Shown: positions 1-13,249, numbered from the stretch's first letter. The stretch is 64,000 nucleotides of DNA from Eledone cirrhosa (GCA_964016885.1 OZ024757.1:39680001-39744000); one strand, 5' to 3'. Program-made: numbers and translations. The notes: generated by a model from the sequence alone, not told the origin.

Positions 1-375
1 TTGAGAATTCTGTTTTTGAAGTGGTTAAAACAACAAGAAGCTGATAACGTATTTCTCAATTTTTCTCTGATGACGTTTGAATTTTAAATATCGCGTTTGT
101 CACATTAAGAGATACTTTAATCATAATTTCATCACCATTTTTAACATTTTACAAGAAACATGTTTTTTTCAAAATATTCTTAATTACATTTAACTGAGAA
201 AGAAATCCAAAAATTTAGAAAAGAAACTTATAATCATTAGGATCGATCTTTGATGGAGTAATGTTACCATGACACTTTCCATGGGGCCCTGATACGGCTG
301 AGAAGCTTTGAAGGAGTTAACTACACTCTTGAAACTTGTCCCGAAAGCTTGTAACAGAGAGGACTCCGACAAAGC

Positions 376-478
376 AAACTAGGGCACGGTGGTGGCGTTA
401 AACAAGAACCTGTTGGTGGTATTAAATAAAGGCATGGTGTTTGTGCTAAACAAGGACATAGTGGTGGCGTTAAAACAG
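376..478. repeat. Degenerate 24-bp tandem repeat (~4 copies)
   Basis: Units AAACTAGGGCACGGTGGTGGCGTT / AAACAAGAACCTGTTGGTGGTATT / AAATAAAGGCATGGTGTTTGTGCT / AAACAAGGACATAGTGGTGGCGTT. Confidence 0.7.
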
Positions 479-686
479 GAAATTAATTAAACGTACGACG
501 TGTATTAAGACTCGGCGTGTATTAAGACTCGGGTTTTTCAGAAGATAAAATTACATAGTGTATCCTGTTACATATATCTAGAAATTGATGGCTGAATTCT
601 AACTTGAAATATCAAAAATGTAGCTTCTACTTGGTTGTTTATCCAGCAAGAAATTCCATTTACACAGAACATTACTATCGTAAAAT

Positions 687-1061
687 CTGAAGGACATACT
701 CAGGATATTTGTCCTGGATATAATTTCTGCAGGTCACCCTCAGGATACTTACCCTGGATATATTATCTGAAGGGCCCTATCATGAAATTTACCCTGGATA
801 TATTATCTGAAGGGCCCTCTCAGGAAATTTACCCTGGATATTTTATCTGAAGGGCCCCCTCAAAACATTTACACTGGATATATTATATAAAGGGCCCTCT
901 AAGGATATTTACCCTGGGTATATTTTCAGAAGGGCCCTCTAAGGATATTTACGCTGGATATATTATCTGAAGGTCCCTCTCAGGACTTTTACCCTAGATA
1001 TATTATCTGAATACCCCTCTCACTATATTTATCCTGGACATATATTATCTGAATGGCCCTT
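687..1061. repeat. 40-bp minisatellite, ~9 copies
   Basis: Consensus CTGAAGGGCCCTCTCAGGATATTTACCCTGGATATATTAT, with units starting at 687, 727, 767, 807, 847 and onward. Confidence 0.92.
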
Positions 1062-1517
1062 TCTGCTTTAGAACTTAGATTCAACACAGTTGTGGACTTG
1101 GATTTTCTTTCTTGAAGTCGCTCGCACATTTTCCGGTTTGTTGTTTTGTTTTATTTTCGGTGTTTTTCTCTTTTCTTCCCTTTTCCCTTCTATTTTCCTT
1201 CCTTTCCTCCTCCGTTTTCCCAATAACTTACCCAGTTATTGAACGCTCTGGGGGTAGATATATTGTCTTTAAAGCGTTGAAATATCCGAGACAGCAAATA
1301 GACAAGTGATGAGCCCCCCCCCCCCCCCGTTCTTGCTTTCTACTTAATTTTAAGCCTATATTATATTTATTGTATTTATTATATTTATTATATTATATTA
1401 TATTTATTATATTATATTATATTTATTATATTATATTATATTACATTATATTATATTATATATTATATTATATTATATTATAAGGTCGGTGAATTGGCAG
1501 TATTATATTATATTATA

Positions 1518-2362
1518 CTAGCAAATGACCCCCGTCCATTGGACGGTGTCAGTTCTTGGTAGGGCTGCAATGTTAATGGTCAATTTCCGTGTTCTATGTT
1601 TAACTTGGAGGATAATTTTACCTGATCAACTCTTTCAATAAAAAAAAATGAGACGGTATTCAAAAAGAGCAAGTTTTATTTACAGATATGTGTCATTAAA
1701 ATGTGAACATAGAGAAATGTATCGTTAGCCGTGTCGGTTGAACAATGTGTATTTTAAAACATCCATCATGTACACAAACAAACACATACACACACATACA
1801 CACAAACACACACACATACGCACACAATCCCAAGACGTGACGTTGTGGAAGGGGGAGAGTTAAGAAGTGTAATAAATAAAGTTATAATTATAAACGCTGT
1901 ATTTATCATATTCGCGTCACACACACTCCTCTCTTTATTTATTTTACTCTCTCTCTCACTCCTCTCTTTCTATCTCCCTCTCACACATCCTTCTCTCTCT
2001 GGCCGTTACGGAAATTACACACACACACACACACACACATGCACGCACACATACACACACATATACACACGCACATACACATACAATCCCATAACGTCGT
2101 GCTGTGGCAGGGGGAGAGTTAAGAAGTGTGTAAAAGGAACGCTCTCTCTCTCTCTTTATGGCCGTCATGGAATTTGTTAGTGCAAAAGTCTATAAGATTA
2201 TAAAATCGAAGTTTGTGACTTCGAAATTAATCATTATGAAATAATTTGTTCTTGATGTTACAAACGGTAGCCTATTTTGGCTATGTGTTTAATTTGACAG
2301 AGATCGATGGAATATTTTCCAAGTGAAACTCTTTTACACACACACATAGAACGGGGATTATA
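1518..2362 (-). mobile_element. Non-autonomous Helitron
   Basis: Minus-strand 3' end CTAG|T at 1518-1521, with a perfect hairpin CCGTCCA-T-TGGACGG (1532-1546) 10 nt inside. Internal (CA)n tracts and a ~260-bp-spaced duplication (TGTGGMAGGGGGAGAGTTAAGAAGTGT at ~1844 and ~2104). The 5' end merges into a microsatellite, so that boundary is approximate. Confidence 0.72.
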
Positions 2363-2616
2363 TAATATAATATAATATAATATAATATTATATAATATAA
2401 TATAATATAATATAATATAATATAATATAATATTATATTATATTATATTATATTATATTATATTATATTATATTATATTATATTATATTATATTATATTA
2501 TATTATATTATATTATATTATATTATATTATATTATATTATATTATATTATATTATATTATATTATATTATATTATATTATATTATATTATATTATATTA
2601 TATTATATTATATTAT
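2359..2616. repeat. (TATAA)n switching to (TATTA)n pentanucleotide microsatellite
   Basis: Direct reading; polarity flips at ~2430. Related degenerate (TATTA)n tracts at 1340-1516 and 2804-3190. Confidence 0.95.
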
Positions 2617-2618
2617 AA

Positions 2619-2803
2619 GGGCGGTGAATTGGCAGTAACGGTAGAGGGTCGGACATGCTTTCTAGCATAGTTACGTCCCTTTACGATCTGAGTTCAAATC
2701 CTGCCGAGGTTAACTTTGCCTTTCATCCTTACGGGGTCGATAAAATAAAGTACCAGTAATGTACTGGATAATTGCTGGTCTTGTGCCTAAAATAGAAACA
2801 ATT
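2619..2803 (+). mobile_element. tRNA-derived SINE (main family), near full length
   Basis: A-box-like TGGCAGTAACGGTAGAG, B-box GAGTTCAAATCC, central GCCTTTCATCCTTACGGGGTCGATAAAATAAAGTACCAG, tail GCTGGTCTTGTGCCTAAAATAGAAACAATTATT. About 20 relatives in the window. Confidence 0.9.
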
Positions 2804-3563
2804 ATATTATATTATATTTTATTATATTTATTATATTATATTTATTATATTATATTATATTTATTATATATATTATATTTATTATATTTATTATATTATA
2901 TTATATTATATTATATTTATCATATTTATTATATTATATTATATTTATTATATTTATTATATTATATTATATTATATTATATTATATTTATTATATTTAT
3001 TATATTATATGATATTTTATTATATTATATTATATTATATTATATTATATTATATTTATTATATTATATTATATTTATTATATTTATTATATTATATTAT
3101 ATTTATTATATTATATTATATTATATTATATTTATTATATTTATTATATTATATTATATTATATTATATTATATTATATTATATTATATTCATACACGGA
3201 ACAAATTTGAAAATGCAGTAAGAAAATATATATAATAAATCAAAGTAGGTTTTGAAATCAGAACTTGAAATAACGTACCTGGAGATTTCGTCATCCACAG
3301 ACACACACCCACATACATACAGACACAGACATTCACACATACATACATATACAGACATTCACATACACACACGTCAATGTTTGTTTTTGATGGTAACATT
3401 AACTCTGTATACTACTAGAATTACTAGCGATAAAAACCGACCAGCGAATGAACCATCTAGAAGATATTTTGTTAAACATAAAAGAAATACATTTTCAGTT
3501 TCACAAAAAATCAGAGTTAACGAATTAATAGAAGTATATAAAGGAATACATATATATGTATAT

Positions 3564-3694
3564 AATATATTAACAAATGGAAACTATATTTATAAAACCA
3601 TATTTATTTCATTATACATGGTTGCATTCTTTAAGCGTATGTAATATGAAATAAATATGGTTTTATAAATATAGTTTCCATTTGTTAATATATT
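3564..3694. mobile_element. 131-bp foldback made of two inverted pLTR-like arms (8.3-kb family)
   Basis: Arms 3564-3619 and 3639-3694 are near-perfect reverse complements. The arm matches 8277-8331 and the spacer resembles 8404-8425. Confidence 0.75.
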
Positions 3695-3782
3695 GTATTT
3701 TTACTCCAAAAATGTGTTGAATGCTTTATATCAGTTATAAAAATATTTGCTTGTTGTATCCCAACAAATTAAATATTACTTC

Positions 3783-3823
<41 letters not shown>

Positions 3824-3932
3824 ATAATAATAAATTTGAAGACTAAAATCCAAAGAGGGCTCGAAAAGGATAAATATATATCAAATATATAAGAACCGTA
3901 GAGCAAATATTTATTAAAATAACAGAATAACT

Positions 3933-3985
3933 GAGTTTCAGAAGATCCCGTTAAGGGTGAAAGCAGCGATTCTTTGCTTAAACTT
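3933..3985 (+). ncRNA. Type I hammerhead ribozyme motif, U4A core variant
   Basis: GAGTTT-CAGAAGA-TCCCGTTAAGGGT-GAAA-GCAG(CGATTCT)TTGC-TT-AAACTT. Stem I 6 bp, stem II CCC/GGG, stem III 4 bp; one core change (CAGAAGA instead of CTGAAGA). Confidence 0.62.
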
Positions 3986-4000
3986 TAATCTGTTATTATA

Positions 4001-4035
<35 letters not shown>

Positions 4036-4316
4036 TACATATATATGTATATACACACACACACGCGCGCGCGCGCGCACATGTATATATTTGTATATAT
4101 AAATACATATATACACGAGTACACGCACACAAATATATATATATATATATCCATGTACATGTATATATAAATACATTCACAAGTACACACAAATATATAC
4201 ATATACATACACACATGCATATAAATATATAATACATATATATATATATGTATATATATATATACATGTATATATAAGTACATGCATACACAAGCACACA
4301 CACATATATACACGCA

Positions 4317-4381
<65 letters not shown>

Positions 4382-4411
4382 AGATCAAAAGATGGTTAAA
4401 AGAGTTCCATG

Positions 4412-4482
4412 TATTTTATTATGCGCATTTCAAAAACAAATATCATCATGCAATAATATTTGTGTTTTCATCAGATAAAATA
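4412..4482 (-). ncRNA. Type I hammerhead ribozyme, intact core
   Basis: Minus strand: TATTTTAT-CTGATGA-[36-nt hairpin]-GAAA-TGCGCA-TA-ATAAAATA. Stem I 8 bp perfect, palindromic stem III, AUA site. Confidence 0.85.
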
Positions 4483-4540
4483 TGTTGATTTAAAACTGCA
4501 CTATTCACAAGTGTTTTTTAACCTTCATATCATGTCTTCC

Positions 4541-4611
4541 TATTTTATCTGATGAAAACACAAATATTATTGCATGATGATATTTGTTTTTGAAAAGCGC
4601 ATAATAAAATA
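4541..4611 (+). ncRNA. Type I hammerhead ribozyme, intact core
   Basis: TATTTTAT-CTGATGA-AAACACAAATATTATTGCATGATGATATTTGTTTTT-GAAA-AGCGCA-TA-ATAAAATA. The stem III palindrome carries one substitution. Confidence 0.78.
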
Positions 4612-4734
4612 CATGGAACTCTTTTAACCATCTTTTGATCTTATATATTATGTATACTCCAGTCCTACAAACTGTAGAGTGCTTCTTATCCGATATCTGC
4701 ATTGCTTTATTGTACTACAATAAAACTCACCTCC

Positions 4735-4800
<66 letters not shown>

Positions 4801-5429
4801 CACATCATTTTATTTTCACTTGCTCTCGTTGACACAGAAAAAATTGCTATATTAATCACATATGTGAAATGTTATATTAATCACATTCTACGAGAAACGA
4901 AATTGAAAAAAAGAACATGTAAGTTTCATTTACTTATATACTCATTTATTTATTTATTATATATGTATGTTTCAATTGTTTCTTTACCCTTATATCTTTA
5001 TTTTTATTATTTTCTTCAATTTGTAGAGATGCATAAGTTTTTTTGTTTTTTTTTGTGTCTTTTAATTCATTATGTCGTGAGCGTATGTTTGAGTGTTAGA
5101 CTCTATGCCAACATTAATACATCGAATTGCACGCCATAACGAGTCTATTTATAACAACAGAAAGGCGAGGGAAAGCATGTTGTGAGACGACCTACTAGAA
5201 ATAACTGTCAAATCTCTCTCGAATCACACCAGAACAGACCATCATAAATAAATGTTTCTGATTTAGTCACATGGACAGCAGTTTGAAAGGAAGGGAAAAG
5301 CAGAGGTGGTCGAAGCATTTCAGAATTGGTGGGAAGGCTAAATGTTTTCAATTTACTTGTAGTAATTAGTTTAGTTCTTTGCACTCTAAAATGGTCAGAA
5401 AACATCGAGTACCACCAAACTCTCCTCCT

Positions 5430-5960
5430 CTCTATGTCTATCACAAAAAAATCTCTTTCAATGCCCCTCTCTGTATCTACTACAACCAAACTTCCCCCTT
5501 CTCTATATCTACCACGACACCGACTCTCTTATCCCCTCTCTATAAATATCTAGGCGTATCTCTCAATCACCCCTAAACTTCCCCCTCTATATATCTACTA
5601 CACGGCACTTTCCCACTATACGTCCCTCTCTCTATATATATATATATATACAAACCCCAAATTCTCCCCCTCTCTACATCTAGCACACAAAACACTCTCC
5701 CATCTACTAGACGCAACTCCCATCTACTAGACGCAACTCTCTTCGATTCCCCCTCTATATATCAATTAACTCCAAACTCTCCCCCTCTCTATAACTACTA
5801 CACGAAACTCTTTTCCAATCCCCCTCTATATATCAATAAACATCAATCCCTCCCCCTCTCTGTATCTGATATACAACACACTCTCCCAAACTTTCTCTCT
5901 ATATCAATTACCACAAAACTCTCCCCCTCTCTAAATCTACCTCTCACATCTATCTACATA
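5430..5960. repeat. Degenerate pyrimidine-rich tandem repeat
   Basis: Recurrent AAACTCTCCCCCTCTCTATATCTACTAC-like units; exact duplication CATCTACTAGACGCAACTC at 5701 and 5721. Confidence 0.7.
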
Positions 5961-6839
5961 AGAGGTACATAAATTGTAGCGATTATAACAATAGATCTGT
6001 GTTTTGGTAGTTTGGGGAGAAAAATATAATTATTGTGGGGGCGTCACAGCTACGATGTATGTGAGTATATGTGTATTTGTGTGAATATGTGTATGTGTCA
6101 ATGTGTGTGTAAATGTATGTGTTTATTTGTATGAATGTGCGTGTGTGTGTTTGTGTCAATATGTCTGTGAGTGTGTATTATTGTAAATATGTCTGTGTTT
6201 GTACATTTATATTTACATACTCATACACATAAATATATACACATACACATACACACATATATATATACATACGCGTGAACGTGTTGAAAAATATCCAAGT
6301 TTAATAAATTCTCTTTGTCGTCCTTTAACGCCAATATCTTATGATAAACATTAAACGATTGATTTATTTTCTAATTATCGTCTTAAGCGGCCCTAATTTG
6401 CAATTAATCCACATCTCTAACTCTGTTTATTATCGCCCTTTCCATGTTATTCTTAGATCTTATCGTTGATTACTTTTCTTCCTTACTTCGTTTTTCGTTA
6501 TTTTATTTCGTTCCGCTATCATAAAGAGTTTTTAAACTAACCTACAGAAAGTTTTTCCCCCACTAACTCCAAAAAGAGAAAAAATAATCGAAACAAATTT
6601 ATAAACCCATGAACTAATGTTTAAATAAATTGATATATTTTAACTTCTCAATATAGTGAGTAATTTATTTAGATTGTGAATACACTTTACTACGAACAAG
6701 CATATCGAATTTTGTTCACCCTCTTCTCATAGTGTTCCTCTCTATCTATATATCTATCTAATCTATCTATCTATCTATCTGTCTCTGTCTACACCCACAT
6801 GGATACTCACACACACATCACATACACATATACACATGT

Positions 6840-6910
6840 ATATATATATGATATAATATATTGAATTATTATATATATATTATAAATATATACGTCATAA
6901 ATATATATAT

Positions 6911-6943
<33 letters not shown>

Positions 6944-7721
6944 TATGAATATATATGTATAGATATATATTATATATATATTATAGATATATAAGTATAG
7001 TTATATATTAGATATATATATGTATATATATATTATAGATATATATGTATAGTTATATATTAGATATATATATGTATAGATATATATTAGATATATATGT
7101 ATAGATATATATTAGATATATATGTATAGATATATATTATATATATATTATAGATATATATGTATAGATATATATTATATATATATTATAGATATATATG
7201 TATAGATATATATTATATATATATTATAGATATATATGTATAGATATATATTATATATATATTATAGATATATATGTATATATATATATATTATAGATAT
7301 ATATGTATATATATATTATATATATATATAATATATATATTATAGTTATATATGTATAGATATATATTATAGATATATTATAGATATATATGTATAGATA
7401 TATATTATATATATATTATTGTTATATATGTATAGATACATATTATATATATATTATAAATATGTATGCTATAAATATATATTTATATATATTATAAATA
7501 TATATGTTATAAATATATATTTATATATGTTATAAATATATATATATATGGTATAAATATTTATATATGTTATAAATATATATATATGCTATAAATATAT
7601 ATTTATATATGCTATAAATATATATTTATATATGTTATAAATGTATATTTATATGTATGTTATATATATTGTATATATATGTATACATGTATATATATAT
7701 ATATGTGTATATATATATATA

Positions 7722-7755
<34 letters not shown>
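6840..7755. repeat. AT-rich compound minisatellite
   Basis: Units such as ATAGATATATATTATATATATATTATAGATATATATGT and GCTATAAATATATATTTATATAT. Confidence 0.9.
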
Positions 7756-7756
<1 letters not shown>

Positions 7757-8232
7757 TCAATGGATGTTATTGACATTTATTTAATATTTTTTCAGAATAA
7801 TCTTACATTGTAGGCCAACCTTCAATGCCATGTTATACATTCCAACGTAACAAAACGTACAATAGTCTGCGATAGAATAGACCAATACAACAATGCTTAC
7901 ACCAACAATAAACACATAAAGACAACAATAACAATACGAAACCATAATAGTATATTCCTCTGATAGAAATATTATATTATATATAACAGTCAAACTACAT
8001 AATAATAGGACATTACATTATAATAATGGCCTTAAAGCAATAGATTACCACAATTATACTGTAATATAATACTAGAATAAGCTACAACATTAAAGTTAAA
8101 ATTGAACCTCAATTGAAAGTCAATAGAGATAAGTTAGTTGTATGAATAGGCAATGGTTTTTATATCCCTCACCCTATTACACTTAACTTACTAATACAAC
8201 GTTTCACTCGATCGATTTAAAATTATATATAA

Positions 8233-8279
<47 letters not shown>

Positions 8280-8317
8280 ATATTAACAAATGGAAACTAT
8301 ATTTATAAAACCATGTT

Positions 8318-8383
8318 TATTTCATTATACATATTTCAAGGGCCACCAAGGCAGATTATGGTGCGCTTTCATCAGATAAAATA
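8318..8383 (-). ncRNA. Type I hammerhead ribozyme, intact core
   Basis: Minus strand: TATTTTAT-CTGATGA-AAGCGCACCA(TAATCTGCCT)TGGTGGCCCTT-GAAA-TATGTA-TA-ATGAAATA. Stem I 8 bp with one GU; island 8276-8432 is bounded by (TA)n. Confidence 0.8.
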
Positions 8384-8428
8384 TAATATAAATTAGTTGT
8401 GAAGGTTGCATTTTCAGGGTATGTAAGA

Positions 8429-8471
<43 letters not shown>

Positions 8472-8960
8472 AAACTCTTACATATCCTATCTTGCTTAGG
8501 TGATGTTTCCTGTTTTGAGGACATTCGTAAGACCATATCCGTTGTTCCTTTTGAGGTTTTTACAAGAATACTTGTGAAAACTGAAAAGTTTCCGATTCAT
8601 TTTCAGTGTTTAACACTTTGATGGTAGAAACGAACTCTAGCCTTTGAACCGTACAATGGAATCACAAGAATTACTTTGAAATATATATATTCAAAAAAAA
8701 AAATTAAAATATATATATTTGAAAATATATATTGAAAAAATGTATATTGAATAATATATATTCAAAAATATATATTCTAAAATATGTATTATAAAATGTA
8801 TATTCAGAAATAAAAAAGGGAAAGAATGCGAGCTTAATAGAAGAGTGTTAAAGAAATTCGAAAAATATGTAAATCAATAATAAGTATAAATCGAAGAGGA
8901 AAGAAAGATATAGAGATAAAAGAAAATTGAAGAATCAATTGTAGATGAAAGCTTATTACA

Positions 8961-9007
<47 letters not shown>

Positions 9008-9155
9008 GGGGAGAGTCTGTATGTGTTTATATGCGGTAGTGTATGTGTACTGGGGTGTATTTTCCTTTGTATGTCTTTCTTACTTCCTCTCTCTCTCACA
9101 CTTTCTATTCTTCTCTGGAAGAAATCTGCTTTACTTAGTCCCTTTACACATGCCA

Positions 9156-9308
9156 CTTCAATAATTTGTCTAGAAATTCTAGATTTTTCTTCTTAAATGG
9201 TTAGTTTTGTTACCCAGCACCCGTAGTACACCCCTTCAATAATTTGTCTAGCAATTCTAGATTTTTCTTCTTAAATGGTTAGTTTTGTTACCCAGCACTC
9301 GTAGTACA
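9156..9308. repeat. 78-bp tandem duplication
   Basis: CTTCAATAATTTGTCTAG...CGTAGTACA starts at 9156 and again at 9234, with ~2 differences. Confidence 0.9.
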
Positions 9309-9855
9309 CAACACAGATCAACAACATTTTATCAACTGGGTATACCTTATTAGTTATTTAATACTGTAGTGCGAACTAATTAATGATGGAACGAAAGCAT
9401 GACTGACTTCGTTATAAGCTCGTTTATTATAGTTATAGCCTGAAGGAGGTAACGTATTCTAATGCAGCATCCATCACTGGAAATATCACCAAGTTTTTGT
9501 TTTCTTCATCTAATACAATATCATCTTTTAAAAAATATTAGGATAAATTGGAAATTAAATCTGAGATTCAGTGGAAAACGGCTGAGATATGGCACGTTGG
9601 AATACCATTGATCAGAGAATAGGATCTGATCTGGAAAAAGAACGACAATAGAGTCAACGAAAGTTTGTGTTAGCTTGGCTTTCTATCCTTACAGGGTCAA
9701 TAAAGTACTAGTAATGTACTGGGGTCGATGTCATCGACCTTTCCTTTACAACAAATTGTAAGCCATTCCAGCTCATTAGGTAGTTCAGAGAATCTGGATG
9801 GTTAGATGGACTCGTAACTCCTGTCGTGGCATACGGCGTGTCTTACGGACTTTAA

Positions 9856-10031
9856 CTCTTTAGAATTTAATCCGGCCATAACTGACCGCTCATACTGATG
9901 TTAAGGTATTGTTCTCAACATAAATAATATCAAAACCTCATAGATTTGATATTATGTGAGATAATTATGTGAGGTAAGCCTTTACTGCTAAAATGCAATA
10001 GTAAATATTGAGTGATGCAAATGTTAAGGGG
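9856..10031. mobile_element. piggyBac-like MITE (decayed)
   Basis: TTAA at 9852-9855 and 10032-10035; degenerate TIRs CTCTTTAGAATTT ... AAATGTTAAGGGG. Confidence 0.55.
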
Positions 10032-11059
10032 TTAAACCTATGTGAACCCATAAACTTTTCAAGTTTGAACACCGCCGAATTCTTCAAAAGAAAAGAAGAG
10101 AGACTGGGAGAAACGAAGAGAACAAGATATTATAGCGTAAGAAGGGACCTCAGTACTGGACTGACACTTTTTTTTTTAACGACCCCAAAAATGATGAAAA
10201 TACAGAATTGATCTTGATGAGTCTTGAACCTACAAAGCACAGAGTAGCGGAACCAATAATACACAGTACTCTATCCTAAAGTTCTAAAGATTATACCGCC
10301 TCACTCAGAGAATATAAAACTCGCTTAAACTTACTAGTTTACTTAGCTTTAAAGAAAGACACGGCTTTCTTAAACATGTTTGTCCCATATCAAACGTCTG
10401 AAGATTATATTTTGGTTTAAAACCTTTTCTCAACCTACAGCTTAAAAGCCCTTCTAATCAATTCATGATTAAGTTATCAAATTCCACGCTACGGACTATG
10501 ATTATAATTATATTATTCTTGTATATTGTTTTCGAATTTACTTTTTCCGTTTATATTCTTTCCATTGTTTTAACCACGCGTTTTATCCTTTTAATATTTC
10601 TGTTTTTTTTTTTATGTTATAATGAAGAAAGTAAATTGCCAAGCAGTTTTTCAAATGTTAATATGTAGACTAATGGATATGAAATAAACTAAAATAATTC
10701 CGAAGCAATAAAAACAAATTCTATGTAAAGAAAAACATTTTAAAGAATTTGGAAGAATAGAGTTCGTATTTTTTAAAAGTTTAAGAAACAAAAGACCCCA
10801 AAAAATTACAAAACAGAACAAAAATCAAACAGAAAAAACTAAAATAATATATAGAACAATAGGAAAAAGACAAGCTACAGAACTAGGCTTTACTCATCCA
10901 TATAAAAATTGAAGATAATCTGATTTTCTCTAAATTGGATTGGATCTAATTTAATATCATTTGTAGGTATTCCGGTTACCAAGATTCCTTGACTCGATAA
11001 TTCAATCATCAATTGATTTACTACTTTACTTATCTAATGGTTTAAACATTATTCACTCA

Positions 11060-11920
<861 letters not shown>

Positions 11921-12406
11921 GTTCTACCATTAGGCTTTTTAGTATTAAAGCAAGGCTATTAAAGCATTGGAAAACAAATTTCCATTAACAATGGAAAGCC
12001 ACACAGACATAATCTTAACTCCTGACAGTTTAACTACTGTTCATTGACAGAAGAGATTTAATTGAAAATCGAACTGATACGTTCCATTGTTAGACACACA
12101 AACTAATTAAGTTTTCATGTATGATTGATTTCATATTCTTATAATGTTTATTTTATTTTTCATGTTTCCTGTCACGTTCGAATTTATACCAGTAGAATAA
12201 ATTACACTAATATAAAGAATGTAGAAAAGCTACTGCTTCTATAAAATGGCCGACTCAATACGGTCCCAGTCAGCAAAATGGTTGATTCGGCCGAGCGAAC
12301 TTTGTCATCAACAATGAACATTATTTTCGAGCAAGTCACATAACTCTGGATAGATATTAACCAGAGGAAAGAGACCCTGTGGTCTGGGTCGCTTGGGTAT
12401 AAAATA

Positions 12407-12455
<49 letters not shown>

Positions 12456-12797
12456 TAAAAGAAAGAAGAATGACATGGTCGGCTGTACAAAAGAGTTTAT
12501 TTACAGTATTAACAATTGTATCGTTAATCAGGTGAGTCTAAAAGCTGGTGATCGTTAGAGGTTATATCACTCGACTTTAATTACAGTTTATGTCTGAGGA
12601 AACCATTAGAATACTGGTGTGTATATAACACAGGACATTGGTATATAAAGATACATCGGAGAATAACATAAATGAAAATAATAATAATAATAATAATACG
12701 GTTACTGATAATAATAGTAGTAGTGGTCGTAGTAGTCGTAGTTGTAATGGTGAGTAGATGCGTAAAATAGGAATTGCAGTAACAATAACATGAAATA

Positions 12798-12879
<82 letters not shown>

Positions 12880-13249
12880 CATATATGTATGTATGTATAT
12901 GTTTATATGTATATATATATGTGTGTGTGTATGTGTATTTCCTTTTCTCACTAGTCAGGTCTTTCGTTGATACAGATCACGCGGCTAAATTAGCGCTCGC
13001 TATTTTCAATTTGCAAGCCCTTTAAACTGTATGTTATTACTCTGAGGTTTAATCCTTGTCGAGTGCTTGGCGCCACTACTGAAGGCATTCGTTGGCTTGG
13101 CTGCTGATCGAACTTCGAATATGCTGTACTATTGTATATATATATATATATCGGCAAGATCGCAGGCCCCGTCAGATCGGACCGAGGAAGCAGTGGTTCC
13201 ATTGGTCTTTCCAGATCCTAATACTATCTACCGGTCGTGAATCCAGGCA

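Larger units (their letters stand above)
4372..4651. mobile_element. Inverted-repeat element (111-bp arms, 58-bp spacer), probably Penelope pLTR-derived
   Basis: 4372-4482 is the reverse complement of 4541-4651 with one difference by eye. Each arm carries an HHR; (TA)n lies directly on the left and ~85 bp away on the right. Confidence 0.85.

Noticed and set aside
61-170. Hammerhead from CTGATGA (67) to GAAACATGTT (~155)
   Set aside because: No stem I or stem II complementarity.
687-1061. CRISPR array
   Set aside because: Contiguous tandem units with no unique spacers, no cas genes, eukaryotic context.
3386-3545. Endonuclease C-terminal remnant upstream of the 3564 foldback
   Set aside because: No recognisable conserved residues.
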